This document shows positions 16,796 through 27,267 of a stretch of 32,000 nt of DNA, one piece after another. The translations under genes were made by a program, and so were the position numbers. Position 1 is the first letter of the stretch. Every line of letters begins with the position of its first letter. Origin of the DNA: Zymomonas mobilis subsp. mobilis ATCC 10988 (GTDB taxonomy: Bacteria > Pseudomonadota > Alphaproteobacteria > Sphingomonadales > Sphingomonadaceae); the NCBI RefSeq assembly GCF_000175255.2, contig NC_017262.1, positions 510,001 through 542,000 on the forward strand, written 5' to 3'. The notes beneath the pieces were generated by a model. It was not told the DNA's origin. It did no database searches and saw only the letters and a list, made by a program, of their open reading frames with translations.

Positions 16796-18738
16796 TTTGC
16801 CGTCAGCCTTTCTACCGGCACAGTTTTACGAGATGTAAATTGAATCGTCGAAAAACCATGTTTTTTTAGCTTGTTAACGAAATCTTGTGCCTGTTCATCT
16901 GACGAGAACGGGCCTGCCAGCAAACGATGCGATTTATGCCAAGGCGAAGTCCATGGCTGTGTTGTTTTCAGTAAAGGATATTTGGTTAATAATTTTTGCC
17001 AGACCGCAAGAAGATTAGCCTTATTTTCGCCGCTGGCAACCTGAACCCAATAGCGTTCACTTGTGGCCTCATGCGCTGATTTGGTGACGGCTTTGGTCTC
17101 AGTGGCCGTTTTTGTATCTACAGCAGCATGGCTATTTTTCTTTTCTATCGTAGTAGCTGGGCTATTCGCTGACAGGTCTTTTTTCCCATTCAGCATTTTG
17201 GGATTTTTCTCACTGGCCTCAATCGGCAGATTGCCTACCTTTTTCGCACTACTTTTTTCTGCTTTTTGATCGAGTGCCTTTTGCTCGGCAATACATTGAT
17301 TGATCTTTAAAAGCTCGACCTTGCTGGGTGTTTTAGACGCATGAGCAGGCTTTGCTACAATTTTCCCTTTCATTGCCTTTTTAGCGGGTAACTTAAGGCT
17401 ATTTTCAATATTTATCTTACAATAGGCCTTTAACTCCGCCTCGCTCCTAACCGGCGTTTTTTTAGTAGTCGGCGGTGTTTTTTCAGAAGTCTTTTCCTGT
17501 ACAATCGGTGCCGAAGCGATTTTACTTTTTGGCTTCGGCAGAACGGGCGACACTGTTGGAGCCGGAACAACAGGAGGCGAAACCGTTACAGCTACAGGAT
17601 TTGCCTTTTCGCCAACATTGCCTCTTCTCGATTTTAAAAGAACTTTGGGCGTTGGTGGCTCTCTATCATCGTCTTTGACTGTCAAAGGCCGAATCGGATC
17701 TTCACCGACTTCTGGGCGCGGTGCCTGCGGAGCCAGTGGCATGGGTTTTTCTGATGTGACGTAATCTTCAGGCGTTGCCGGAATGCTATCAATATTAAAA
17801 TCTGAAACAGGCTCTTTGGTATCAGCAGGGCCCGATTTGTCATTTTCAGCCCAAAGCGATTGCGAGCTGCTGCCTTTAACTTTCATATCCCCGAAATGCA
17901 CGGCTGCCGCTTTTTCTTGAGCTGACAGATGGGGTAAACGGCTTAAAAATGACGCCATTGCCTCGGCAGAACCGGCAGGCATCGTTGATTTGATAATAGC
18001 ATTAGCTCCAGCGACATCGCCGGTTAACGCTAATATCAAAGCACGCGTGCGCCATGCAGCCCGATTTTGTTGTCTTAGCTGGCGATCAATCAAAGCGAGG
18101 GCATTACTAGCATGTCCGGCAATGGCTTGAGAAAGGGCAAATCGCCTTTCCGTCTCATCATCAGGATGAGAGGATAAAGCCATCGTATAGGCTGCTTCGG
18201 CTTTGGCTTTATTGCCCAATAAATCATAAGCCAATCCGCTATCACTCGCGACAATGGCTGCTGGAATACCATTCGAGACTGCCTCATGAAAATATTTTAA
18301 GGCCTGCTGCGGTTTTTCCTGCTGGATAAAAATCGATCCTAAGGTAGCTTTTACTTTCCCATCATGGGGAGCCAATGTCTCGGCACGGGACAAAAAACCA
18401 TAAGCAGCGTGAAGGTCACCCGCCCGATAAGAAGCCAGTCCTGCTCCAATCAGGGCATTGGTATCATGAGGTTGCGCCGCCAAACGGCGCAGATAAACAG
18501 TCAAATCTGCCTTATCGCTACCCGTCTCATTCTCGGCTATTTGCGCCTGTAAAGGAACAGAATAGCAAGGGATGCCTGTCAAAACCAGAAAAGATACCCA
18601 AGTAGATTTAACGATATATCGTATCTTACCATAGGATGTCTTTTGGGCTTTTGCCGATATGCGGGTGCCGATAAATTCGGACGGAACGGGCTGCTTCCCA
18701 AAACCGCCATTCTTAGAATCTTTTATCTCGATAGCCAT
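16792..18738 (-). CDS. TPR-repeat plus C-terminal SPOR-domain protein, membrane-anchored or exported
   Basis: From MAIEIKDSK... it has a hydrophobic anchor (STWVSFLVLTGIPCYSVPLQA), TPR-like repeats (LASYRAGDLHAAYGFLSRAETLAPHDG..., QQALKYFHEAV...), a Pro/Lys-rich linker and a SPOR-like end (RYWVQVASGENKANLLAVWQKL...LLAGPFSSDEQAQDFVNKLKKHGF). The start is set at ATG 18738 because the longer ORF (to 18924) spans the ftsZ terminator. The exact start remains uncertain. Confidence 0.8.
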   Translation of the reverse strand: MAIEIKDSKNGGFGKQPVPSEFIGTRISAKAQKTSYGKIRYIVKSTWVSFLVLTGIPCYSVPLQAQIAENETGSDKADLTVYLRRLAAQPHDTNALIGAGLASYRAGDLHAAYGFLSRAETLAPHDGKVKATLGSIFIQQEKPQQALKYFHEAVSNGIPAAIVASDSGLAYDLLGNKAKAEAAYTMALSSHPDDETERRFALSQAIAGHASNALALIDRQLRQQNRAAWRTRALILALTGDVAGANAIIKSTMPAGSAEAMASFLSRLPHLSAQEKAAAVHFGDMKVKGSSSQSLWAENDKSGPADTKEPVSDFNIDSIPATPEDYVTSEKPMPLAPQAPRPEVGEDPIRPLTVKDDDREPPTPKVLLKSRRGNVGEKANPVAVTVSPPVVPAPTVSPVLPKPKSKIASAPIVQEKTSEKTPPTTKKTPVRSEAELKAYCKINIENSLKLPAKKAMKGKIVAKPAHASKTPSKVELLKINQCIAEQKALDQKAEKSSAKKVGNLPIEASEKNPKMLNGKKDLSANSPATTIEKKNSHAAVDTKTATETKAVTKSAHEATSERYWVQVASGENKANLLAVWQKLLTKYPLLKTTQPWTSPWHKSHRLLAGPFSSDEQAQDFVNKLKKHGFSTIQFTSRKTVPVERLTAK

Positions 18739-18863
18739 AGTAACGTAAAAAGCTAACTGTCTTTGCGAACGCAAGCATAAAACGACAAAAAAGGCAGAAG
18801 ATCGGATTAAATATATTTTAGCGGTCAGAAATGAAGCTAAATTGATGCCGTAGGATGCCACAG

Positions 18864-18903
18864 ATAAAAAAACAGGCCGCTCACCGAATGAGAACGACCT
18901 GTT
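18864..18903 (-). terminator. rho-independent terminator after ftsZ
   Basis: On the minus-strand RNA, AACAGGUCGUUC...GAGCGGCCUGUU forms a stem of about 12 bp including G:U pairs (18871-18903). It is followed by UUUUUUUAUC. Confidence 0.8.
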
Positions 18904-18936
18904 TCTTTTTTTTGAGTCTAACAAAGACCCGAAATT

Positions 18937-20346
18937 TTAGGAATTACCCTGACGATTCAAGAATTGAGGGATATCGACACGGCCACGGTTTTCAGTGCTG
19001 TCTTTGCGATCAGCTCCACGGGCAATGTTAGACATCCGTTCAAATAAGGTGCTGCCTTCTCTTGCCAGTCTCGGAGCCGGACGGGTCGGCTCGCTATTCC
19101 AACCAGCGTTAGAATTCTGGTTAAAATCGCTGTCATCGACGGACGGAGAAGCTGCTTTTAAATTATCTTTTTTTTCGACCGGTTTAACGGCCTCTTGTCC
19201 AAGAACCAGCTCATCTTCAACAGGCGGCTGGGGCTGCGGTGCCACTGCCTTTGGGGCAGGTACAACGGTGGACTGGGATACCGAAGACATCGACTGAGAG
19301 GAAACAGCGGTATAACCGGAAGCCGAGCTAGTCGGATTATAAGAAGATTTTTCTTCTTCGCCTTCTTTTTTGCTCGAATCGATACCGGTTGCCACAACAG
19401 AAACGCGGATACGACCATCAAGGTCTTCGTTAAAGGCTGAACCAAAGATGATATTAGCATCATCATCGACCAATTCACGAATATGATTGGCGGCTTCATC
19501 GACTTCCATCAAGGTGATATCTTCACCACCGATAATAGAAACGATTACGCCTCGTGCGCCATTCATAGACACACCATCCAACAACGGATTGGCAATGGCT
19601 CTTTCCGCGGCTTCAATAGCCCGATTATCACCGGAAGCCTCACCGGTACCCATCATCGCTTTACCCATTTCGCTCATGACAGAACGGATATCAGCAAAAT
19701 CAAGATTGATAAGACCGGGGCAAACCATCAAATCGGTAATACCGCGAACACCCTGCTGCAAAACCTCATCCGCCATCTGGAAGGCCTGCTTAAAGGTCGT
19801 GTTCGGATTGGCGATCAAAAACAAATTCTGGTTTGGAATAACAATCAGCGTATCGACATGCTTTTGCAGTTCTTCAATACCGCTTTCAGCTGACCGCGCC
19901 CGTCTTTTACCTTCAAAGTTGAACGGTTTGGTCACAACACCGACTGTCAGAATACCACGATCACGCGCTACTTTTGCGATGACCGGTGCTGCACCCGTGC
20001 CGGTGCCACCCCCCATCCCAGCGGCGATAAAGCACATTCTTGCGCCTTCCAAGGCTTCCTGAATCTGCTCGATCGTTTCTTCTGCGGCCGCTTTACCGAC
20101 TTCCGGTCTCGATCCTGCCCCCAAGCCCTGCGTCGTCGTCGGGCCAAGCTGAATCCGCTGTTCTGCCGGAGAGATATTTAAGGCCTGGGCATCTGTATTG
20201 GCTACAATAAAATCGACACCCTGCACACCTGATGCAATCATATTGGCAACAGCATTTCCGCCGCCGCCGCCGACACCAATCACGCTAATCCGGGGCAGCT
20301 CACTTACTTCGCTGCTATCACTGGGTTGCATGAATTCGATGGTCAT
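18937..20346 (-). CDS. ftsZ: cell division protein FtsZ
   Basis: It has [13 protein letters not shown] and the tubulin signature [13 protein letters not shown]. The C-terminal conserved peptide is [17 protein letters not shown] lies upstream. Confidence 0.97.
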   Translation of the reverse strand: MTIEFMQPSDSSEVSELPRISVIGVGGGGGNAVANMIASGVQGVDFIVANTDAQALNISPAEQRIQLGPTTTQGLGAGSRPEVGKAAAEETIEQIQEALEGARMCFIAAGMGGGTGTGAAPVIAKVARDRGILTVGVVTKPFNFEGKRRARSAESGIEELQKHVDTLIVIPNQNLFLIANPNTTFKQAFQMADEVLQQGVRGITDLMVCPGLINLDFADIRSVMSEMGKAMMGTGEASGDNRAIEAAERAIANPLLDGVSMNGARGVIVSIIGGEDITLMEVDEAANHIRELVDDDANIIFGSAFNEDLDGRIRVSVVATGIDSSKKEGEEEKSSYNPTSSASGYTAVSSQSMSSVSQSTVVPAPKAVAPQPQPPVEDELVLGQEAVKPVEKKDNLKAASPSVDDSDFNQNSNAGWNSEPTRPAPRLAREGSTLFERMSNIARGADRKDSTENRGRVDIPQFLNRQGNS

Positions 20347-20562
20347 TTACGCTCTCCGTCCCAAATACATTTTGTCAGGCTTATCCTAGGCTACAATGCT
20401 ATAAAATCGGATTTAACAAGTTACTCTTTGTCGAAAAGATTACCGGATCTGACCAAACAAAGCTATTCACCCTGTTACCTAGTGACTAAATCTTATATTG
20501 CCTGAAGCCATTACTAAAAGCACGTAAAAATGTGCAATAAAATCTTAATTTTGAATATATTT

Positions 20563-21846
20563 TTAATATTCGCGACGAAACATCTGAAAAAGACGTTTAA
20601 AAGATCCCATAAAAGATTTTTGACTGCCCATTCTATTATTATAAGAGAGCGGTCTAAGATCAAAGGGTTCCGACGCAGCATGAAGAACAAGCCCCGTCAA
20701 AGTCGCAAAAGCCGGGCCACTATGGGCATCTGGAAGCCCAACAAGGCCGTGCGGCCGCCCTATTCTAACCGAACGACCCAAGACACCTTGGGCATAATCG
20801 GCAATACCTTTCAATTCTGCACCCCCTCCTGTTAACACCACCTGACGTCCGACGGGGCCATTATAGCCCAAAGATTTCAGGGCATCGGCGATATGATCCA
20901 TCCAATGATCCAAACGCTTCCGAATAACACCGATCAGCTGCGCCCGACTTATCCGTTGTGGATCAATTACATCCTCGTCATTGGCAATCGGCGCCACATC
21001 TATCATCTCATGATTATCGCGAGGTGAACTCTGCGCCGATCCATAAAAACATTTCAATCTTTCTGCATCCGACCGTCTGGTGCCAAAAGCCGCCGCGATG
21101 TCATCTGTAATATCGGATGCGCCCATCGGGATAGAAGTCAAACCAACCAACAGCCCACCGGCAAAAAGGGATACATTGGTAACGCCTGCCCCTAATTCAA
21201 CCAAGGCCACACCCAATTCCCGCTCTTCTGCAAAGAGGCAAGACATTCCGGCCGCGATCGGCGCAGCAACAATCGCCTGCACTTCCAGATGTGCCGAACG
21301 CACCGCCAATTCCAAATTTCTGACAGGCGAAGGTTCAGCAGCAATCACATGGATATCGACTCCCAAGCGGTCGGCATAAAGACCAATCGGACTTTTAACC
21401 CCCTTTAACCCGTCCAAGGTATAAAGGGCGGGTTGAGCATGAAGCACCATATGCCCATCAGGATCAATCGCATCCCGTCCGGTCGCCAACAGGGTCTCCA
21501 TATGGATTTCTTCGATCCGTTGACCATTCAAGGCTACTTCTGTCGAGCTAAGATCGGATATCAATCCTCCCGCAGAAAAAGACACCCAGACAGATTCAAT
21601 ATTGGTGCCTGCAATCCTTTCGGCCTGTTCAACGGCTTCTCGAACCGCCTTTTCCGTCGATTCCATATCGAAAAGATAGCCCCGTCTGACCCCCAGACTT
21701 TCTCGCTGACCACTTCCCAATACCTGCAAAACATTATCAGCCCTTTTCTCAACAATCAGGGCTGAAATTTTGGAAGAACCGATATCAAGCGCAGTTATCA
21801 GATTGCCTTCTTTTACCGGCGTCATACTATGATGTCGTTCCTTCAT
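20563..21846 (-). CDS. ftsA: cell division protein FtsA
   Basis: Actin-like ATPase motifs are present (ALDIGSSKISALI, VELGAGVTNVS, LTGGGAELKG). ATG 21846 forms an ATGA overlap with the ftsQ stop. The alternative start is ATG 21825 (MTPVKEG...). Confidence 0.93.
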   Translation of the reverse strand: MKERHHSMTPVKEGNLITALDIGSSKISALIVEKRADNVLQVLGSGQRESLGVRRGYLFDMESTEKAVREAVEQAERIAGTNIESVWVSFSAGGLISDLSSTEVALNGQRIEEIHMETLLATGRDAIDPDGHMVLHAQPALYTLDGLKGVKSPIGLYADRLGVDIHVIAAEPSPVRNLELAVRSAHLEVQAIVAAPIAAGMSCLFAEERELGVALVELGAGVTNVSLFAGGLLVGLTSIPMGASDITDDIAAAFGTRRSDAERLKCFYGSAQSSPRDNHEMIDVAPIANDEDVIDPQRISRAQLIGVIRKRLDHWMDHIADALKSLGYNGPVGRQVVLTGGGAELKGIADYAQGVLGRSVRIGRPHGLVGLPDAHSGPAFATLTGLVLHAASEPFDLRPLSYNNRMGSQKSFMGSFKRLFQMFRREY

Positions 21847-22850
21847 ATTCGATCACTTACCAAAGGATCAGCTGCCTTTGCAGGCTTTGTCGCTTTCTTA
21901 ACGGGTTCCGGTGAAATTCTGGCTGTAATAGGTGCCCCCGGAACACGCATATCGAATTTGACATAGCCCCTTTCTAACAAGTGATGCTCGCGATTAATAT
22001 GAGAGAAACGCACCAAAGCCGCTTCGGCTTCATTCCCTTCTGGTAAAGATAAAGTTTCACCAGAAGCAAAATGCAAATCCCACCGCCGATTCCCGATCCA
22101 GCTTGCTGCATCAATCATCGGTTTCAAAGAGGGGGCTGCTTCCAAAAGATGCCCCAAATCTTCAAGATGCAGATTGGCACCCGCCCCAATAACCAAGGGC
22201 AGATCAGGCGAAGCATGCGGGTCAACATCCGAAATAATAATGCCGTTATTATCGACCAGTCTCAAATGACCATGATATTGCCAAACCGCCGCCGGATTTC
22301 GCTCGACAATATCAACGACCAAAGTATCCGGCCAACGGCGGGAAACACGCGCATCCTCAATCCAGCCAAAACGTAACAAGCGATCCCGAATAGCATTAAG
22401 ATCAACCAAAGGCATCGCCAGATTTTGCTGGGTAGAGGCGATGTCATAGATCGCCTGCCGATCCATATGATGCAAACCAACGATTTCGACATGACGGACA
22501 GAAAAGCCCTGCCGTCCCAGATATTCACCTGTTTTGGTCGCCAATAATTGTGGCCAACGCGCAGCCCAAAGACCGGCCAAAAATCCGACAATAACAAGAA
22601 TAAGCAAAAGACGCTTTGCCATCTGTTTTAATAACGGATGGGAAAGAAAACCCAGCCATTTAGGCAGAGCTATCGTCTCATTACTCTTGATAGGCCGTTT
22701 GGGGCGACGAATTGTCGCACCCGTTTGGCGGGCATGCCGCCTTGGAGAACGCCTAGCCGGAGCCGATTTTGTTCTGCGTGCTGCTTTAGCCACCCTGTCC
22801 TGCCATTTTGGTTTCTTGTAATGTGTCTTCCGCCAAGGCTTCCTCAACAA
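21843..22850 (-). CDS. ftsQ: cell division protein FtsQ (POTRA domain) with a polybasic N-terminal tail
   Basis: It has a TM helix (LLLILVIVGFLAGLWAARW) and a POTRA-like segment (FSVRHVEIVGLHHMDRQAI...). It sits in the canonical ddl-ftsQ-ftsA position. The start is uncertain: ATG 22850 overlaps ddl by 65 nt, and an in-frame GTG at 22793 would overlap by 8 nt. Confidence 0.85.
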   Translation of the reverse strand: MLRKPWRKTHYKKPKWQDRVAKAARRTKSAPARRSPRRHARQTGATIRRPKRPIKSNETIALPKWLGFLSHPLLKQMAKRLLLILVIVGFLAGLWAARWPQLLATKTGEYLGRQGFSVRHVEIVGLHHMDRQAIYDIASTQQNLAMPLVDLNAIRDRLLRFGWIEDARVSRRWPDTLVVDIVERNPAAVWQYHGHLRLVDNNGIIISDVDPHASPDLPLVIGAGANLHLEDLGHLLEAAPSLKPMIDAASWIGNRRWDLHFASGETLSLPEGNEAEAALVRFSHINREHHLLERGYVKFDMRVPGAPITARISPEPVKKATKPAKAADPLVSDRI

Positions 22851-23751
22851 TCATCCGGCACAAGGCGACATAGTCGATACCCAGCTGTTTTGCCTGTTCA
22901 GGAACCAAACTTAAAGGTGTCATACCCGGCTGGGTATTCACCTCTAACAGAAACAAACCATCCAATCCGGCTTCATCATCCCAACGAAAATCGGAACGCG
23001 ACGGGCCCCGACATCCCAAAAGTTGATGCGCTTTCAAGGAAAGAGCCATCGCCTTTTCAGCAATCTCTGCCGGAATTTTTGCAGGACAGATATGGGTCGT
23101 CATGCCATCAGTATATTTGGCTTTATAATCGTAAAAGCCGTTATTCGGGCATAATTCGGTAACAGCCAAGGCTTTGTCACCCATCACCGCCACGGTTAAT
23201 TCCCGCCCTTTAATAAAAGGTTCGGCAAGAAGGGTTTTAAAATTTTTCCACGGATCAATCTGGTCTTTCCGAATAGGCTGACCGTCATTAAAAGATTCAT
23301 CAATGATCGCAACGCCGACAGAAGAGCCTTCATTGACCGGTTTCAAGACATAAGGTCGTGGCAACGGGTCTTTTGTATAAAGGCTTTCGCGCTCAACCAA
23401 ACAGCCCTGCGGCATCGGAATATTCTCAGGGGTCAGAATCTTTTTGGTCAATTCTTTATCAATGGCAATGGCCGAAGCCGTCAAACCCGAATGGGTATAA
23501 CGGATAGCCATTAAATCCATCAGACCTTGAATACTGCCATCTTCACCCGGCGTGCCATGCAAAGCATTAAAAACCACATCCGGCTTAGCTTCACGAAGCT
23601 TGAACGCAATATCCCGATCCATATCGAGCAGCGTCACGCGATATCCAGCCTCTTCCAAAGCCTTGCCGACATGGCGGCCTGACAGAAGCGAAATTTCACG
23701 TTCCGAAGACCATCCGCCCATCAAAACGACAACATGCTTTTTGTCGCTCAT
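22786..23751 (-). CDS. ddl: D-alanine--D-alanine ligase
   Basis: It has an ATP-grasp fold with the typical N-terminus ([18 protein letters not shown]) and [10 protein letters not shown] near the C-terminus. Its ATG forms an ATGA overlap with the murB stop. Confidence 0.95.
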   Translation of the reverse strand: MSDKKHVVVLMGGWSSEREISLLSGRHVGKALEEAGYRVTLLDMDRDIAFKLREAKPDVVFNALHGTPGEDGSIQGLMDLMAIRYTHSGLTASAIAIDKELTKKILTPENIPMPQGCLVERESLYTKDPLPRPYVLKPVNEGSSVGVAIIDESFNDGQPIRKDQIDPWKNFKTLLAEPFIKGRELTVAVMGDKALAVTELCPNNGFYDYKAKYTDGMTTHICPAKIPAEIAEKAMALSLKAHQLLGCRGPSRSDFRWDDEAGLDGLFLLEVNTQPGMTPLSLVPEQAKQLGIDYVALCRMIVEEALAEDTLQETKMAGQGG

Positions 23752-24680
23752 GCCTTATCCCCATCGAGTTTATGGCCGATGCGTTTTATTTCCCATTCAA
23801 GGGTAATACCGAATTTCGCTTTAACGCGCGCCCGCACTTCTTCGCCAAGATTTTCAATATCAGCCGCGGTAGCATCACCCAAATTCAACAGAAAATTGGC
23901 ATGTTTGGTAGAAACTTCGGCATCACCGATTTTCAAACCACGACAACCAGCTTCATCAATAAGCTCCCAGGCTTTATAGCCTTCAGGATTTTTAAAGGTC
24001 GATCCCCCCGTCCGGCTGCGAACCGGCTGACTGGCTTCACGCTCGGCGATAATTTTATTCATCTGAGCTTCGATCTTGTCTTTATCGCCGGGTTGCCCTT
24101 GGAAAAGCGCTTCGGTCACAATCGCATCTTCTGGCAATTCAGAATAGCGATAGGCAAAATTCAATTTTTCAACTGGCCAGATTTCAATATCACCATTCCG
24201 ACGAACCAGCGTAACCTGAATCAGAATCTTGGAAATATCACCGCCATAGGCACCCGCATTCATGCGGATCATACCACCGATGGATCCCGGAATACCGCGC
24301 ATAAATTCTAAATTGGTCAAAGATTCAGCAGCAGCAACCTTTGAAATCATCATGCCGAGGGTCGATCCACCACAACGCAGGCGGTTCCCCTCTTCTCTTT
24401 TGACCCATGAAAAACGACGCGGCAAACGGATGATAACGCCGGAAACACCGCCGTCACGAATAATCACATTGGAACCAATCCCCAGCACCCTAACTGGCAT
24501 AGACTGGTCAATTTTCTTCAGAAAATCCGACAAATCTTCGGTATCATAGGGGCTAACCAACCATTCGGCATTACCGCCGACCCGAAACCATGTCAGGGGT
24601 GCCAAAGGCGCATTGGCTTCTATTTCACCGCGAATAGACGGCAATTTACTTGAGATATTGGAAGATGTAGCAGTTGTCAT
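23748..24680 (-). CDS. murB: UDP-N-acetylenolpyruvoylglucosamine reductase
   Basis: FAD-binding motifs are present ([24 protein letters not shown]) along with GSTFKNP. The start is set at ATG 24680, which forms an ATGA overlap with the murC stop. The track's extra 27 codons lie inside murC. Confidence 0.93.
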   Translation of the reverse strand: MTTATSSNISSKLPSIRGEIEANAPLAPLTWFRVGGNAEWLVSPYDTEDLSDFLKKIDQSMPVRVLGIGSNVIIRDGGVSGVIIRLPRRFSWVKREEGNRLRCGGSTLGMMISKVAAAESLTNLEFMRGIPGSIGGMIRMNAGAYGGDISKILIQVTLVRRNGDIEIWPVEKLNFAYRYSELPEDAIVTEALFQGQPGDKDKIEAQMNKIIAEREASQPVRSRTGGSTFKNPEGYKAWELIDEAGCRGLKIGDAEVSTKHANFLLNLGDATAADIENLGEEVRARVKAKFGITLEWEIKRIGHKLDGDKA

Positions 24681-26107
24681 AAGTGATGAACCTCTCTGAT
24701 TGAGGTAATATCCGCCGCAAGACCTGCGGCCCATTTCGTAATATCGCCCGCGCCAAGGCAAATAATGATGTCATCGGCCTTGATAATATCAGCAAGCGCA
24801 ATCGCCAAAGAACGAGGAGAATCCACAGCTTGAGCAGAACGATGGCCATGCTGTTTCAATCCCGAAACCAAGGCTTGAGAATCCACGCCCGCTATTGGCT
24901 GTTCACCAGCAGCATAGACCGGTGCGACAAACACCATATCAGCATCGTTAAAAGCGCTTTGGAATTCTGTCATCAAATCATGCAAACGCGAAAAACGATG
25001 CGGCTGAACCACAGCAATGACGCGTTGTTGCGCGCTTTCTCTGGCGGCTGATAAGACAGCCTTAATCTCAACCGGATGATGACCATAGTCATCAATAACC
25101 AGAACCGAGCCATCACCAATCTTAATCTCGCCAACCCGAGAGAAGCGACGTTTCACCCCTCCAAAACGTGCAAAACCGTCACGGATAGCGGCATCAGGAA
25201 TGGAAAATTCTAAAGCCACCCCGATAGCCGACAGTGCATTTTGGATATTATGCCGTCCGGGCATCGGTAAAAAGATATTTTCAATCCGACGGATATCTCC
25301 ATCACGGCTACGAATGACCGCTGTAAAGCGGTTACCACCAGAGATAGGTGTGATATCAACCGCCCGAATATCGGCCTGAGCCGAAAAACCATAGGTAATC
25401 AGCCGTCTATCCCGAATACGAGGGAGGATAGATTGAACCACAGGATGATCAATGCACAGGAAAGCAGCACCATAGAAAGGCACATTGGATACAAATTCGA
25501 CAAAAGCATCCTGCACTTTTTCAAAGGAACCGTAATGATCCAGATGTTCAGGATCAATATTGGTCACAATGGCCAAGGTGCCATCCAAGCGTAAAAAGCT
25601 GCCGTCGCTTTCATCGGCTTCGACAACCATCCAATCAGAGTCACCTAAACGCGCATTGGAACCATAACTGTTAATGATGCCACCATTGATAACCGTCGGG
25701 TCAATACCACCCGCATCCAACAAGGCCGCAACCATCGAAGTCGTGGTAGTTTTCCCATGGGTGCCAGCAACAGCAACGGTGGACTTTAACCGCATCAATT
25801 CAGCCAGCATCTCTGCGCGACGCACAACCGGAATACGATTTTCAAGGGCAGCTTCGACTTCAGGATTACCACGATGAATAGCACTGGAAACAACCACCAC
25901 CGCCGCATCTTTGACATTTTCGGCATGATGCCCGATCAGAACCTTAATTCCCATCTGGCGCAAAGCATCGACAGTATAGCCTTCTGAAATATCAGAACCC
26001 TGAACCTGATAGCCGAGATTATGCATCACTTCGGCGATACCGGACATTCCGATACCCCCTATCCCGACAAAGTGAATTCGGCCGATATCCGTGCCGACAC
26101 CCTTCAT
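24677..26107 (-). CDS. murC: UDP-N-acetylmuramate--L-alanine ligase
   Basis: It has [16 protein letters not shown] and the Mur ligase P-loop [11 protein letters not shown]. Its ATG forms an ATGA overlap with the murG stop. Confidence 0.96.
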   Translation of the reverse strand: MKGVGTDIGRIHFVGIGGIGMSGIAEVMHNLGYQVQGSDISEGYTVDALRQMGIKVLIGHHAENVKDAAVVVVSSAIHRGNPEVEAALENRIPVVRRAEMLAELMRLKSTVAVAGTHGKTTTTSMVAALLDAGGIDPTVINGGIINSYGSNARLGDSDWMVVEADESDGSFLRLDGTLAIVTNIDPEHLDHYGSFEKVQDAFVEFVSNVPFYGAAFLCIDHPVVQSILPRIRDRRLITYGFSAQADIRAVDITPISGGNRFTAVIRSRDGDIRRIENIFLPMPGRHNIQNALSAIGVALEFSIPDAAIRDGFARFGGVKRRFSRVGEIKIGDGSVLVIDDYGHHPVEIKAVLSAARESAQQRVIAVVQPHRFSRLHDLMTEFQSAFNDADMVFVAPVYAAGEQPIAGVDSQALVSGLKQHGHRSAQAVDSPRSLAIALADIIKADDIIICLGAGDITKWAAGLAADITSIREVHHL

Positions 26108-27267
26108 GCAACCGCTCCTTCTTGATTTTTTTCGAAAGTTGAATCTTCTTCTATAGAATTCTGTTGAGGCAGATCGCCTCCGACCCGCTCAACCAAATCA
26201 GCCAATTTTTCAACCGCATCGGGATAACCAACCTGCCTTGCTCTGGCAGCGGCATTTTTCAAAGCAGAAGGCTCCAAAGCCATTTTTTGAATCTGTTTTG
26301 CCAGTTCAAAAGGATTAAAGCGTCGTTGATCAATCAAACGCGCGCCACCGGCAGAAACAAGCTCACGGGCATTGGCATATTGATGATTATCCATCGCCGC
26401 AGGATAAGGAATAAGAATAGCAGGCCGTCCGGCAACGCCTAATTCGGCAATGGTCGAAGCGCCTGCACGGGAAATAACCAAATGAGACCAACCAAGACGC
26501 TGCGGTAAATCCGCCATATAGGTCGAAATATCAGCAGGGATACCAAGCTTAGCATATTGAGCGCGAGTCTTTTCCAAATCTTCCGGTCGGCATTGCTGCG
26601 TCACTTGAAGCCGCCGCCGCAGATGAAGCGGCAATAACCCCAAACCTTCCGGTACGACTTCTGACAAAATGCTGGCACCTTGGCTACCACCGACCACCAA
26701 TATCCGAAAAATGCTGTTGTCACTTAACGGCGGATAAGGCAGGTCACGCAGAAACAAGACTTCATCCCGCACCGGATTACCTGTTACTTCAGTCTTACGA
26801 CGATACCGTTTTTTCAGCCGATCAACCTGATGATAAGCGGTAGCAATGGCATCCACTCTTCCAGCCAGAAAACGGTTCGTCCGTCCCATCACCGCATTTT
26901 GCTCGTGAATAACCGTCGGGATTTTCGCTTTAAAAGCCGCCAATAGCGCTGGTAACGCCGGATAACCACCAAAACCGACAACCGCCGCCGGTGTAAAATT
27001 TTCATAAAGCGTCAAGGCGCGTTCCCGCCCTGCCCAAATATTCCGCATCGCCTGAAACAGGCCTTTTACCCCGCCCGTCAAACGACCAGCAGGAAGCTGA
27101 TGTATCTGGACATCTTTAAATAATTCGGGGAAACGCGTTCCTCTTTCATCGGTCACCAAAGCCACATGATGACCCCGCCGCATTAACTCAACAGCCAATG
27201 CGTGGGCTGGAATCATATGGCCACCGGTGCCACCAGCGGCGAGAATATATTGTCGGCTGCCATTCAT
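26104..27267 (-). CDS. murG: undecaprenyldiphospho-muramoylpentapeptide beta-N-acetylglucosaminyltransferase
   Basis: [13 protein letters not shown] is the N-terminal G-loop of the GT28 family. The track's start at 27279 is a GTG. ATG 27267 forms an ATGA overlap with the ftsW stop and is preferred. Confidence 0.93.
   Translation of the reverse strand: MNGSRQYILAAGGTGGHMIPAHALAVELMRRGHHVALVTDERGTRFPELFKDVQIHQLPAGRLTGGVKGLFQAMRNIWAGRERALTLYENFTPAAVVGFGGYPALPALLAAFKAKIPTVIHEQNAVMGRTNRFLAGRVDAIATAYHQVDRLKKRYRRKTEVTGNPVRDEVLFLRDLPYPPLSDNSIFRILVVGGSQGASILSEVVPEGLGLLPLHLRRRLQVTQQCRPEDLEKTRAQYAKLGIPADISTYMADLPQRLGWSHLVISRAGASTIAELGVAGRPAILIPYPAAMDNHQYANARELVSAGGARLIDQRRFNPFELAKQIQKMALEPSALKNAAARARQVGYPDAVEKLADLVERVGGDLPQQNSIEEDSTFEKNQEGAVA

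Noticed and set aside
18739-18924. 62-codon N-terminal extension of the TPR-SPOR ORF (start 18924)
   Set aside because: It would start 12 nt after the ftsZ stop and be translated through the ftsZ rho-independent terminator (18864-18903). The sequence is not protein-like.
19487-20062. 191-aa ORF antisense to ftsZ, and similar long antisense ORFs at 22638..23162, 23772..24311, 15660..16079, 8453..8881, 11323..11697 and 21433..21765
   Set aside because: All lie opposite strongly conserved genes in the typical shadow frame. They have Pro/Ser/Arg-rich low-complexity composition and no start context, so there is no support for overlapping genes.
20530-20835. ORF 20530..20835 (+) starting in the ftsA-ftsZ spacer
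   Set aside because: It runs antisense into the ftsA 3' end with a basic, low-complexity product. The 216 bp spacer is better explained as the ftsZ promoter and leader region. I found no TTAA-N7-TTAA CtrA box there.
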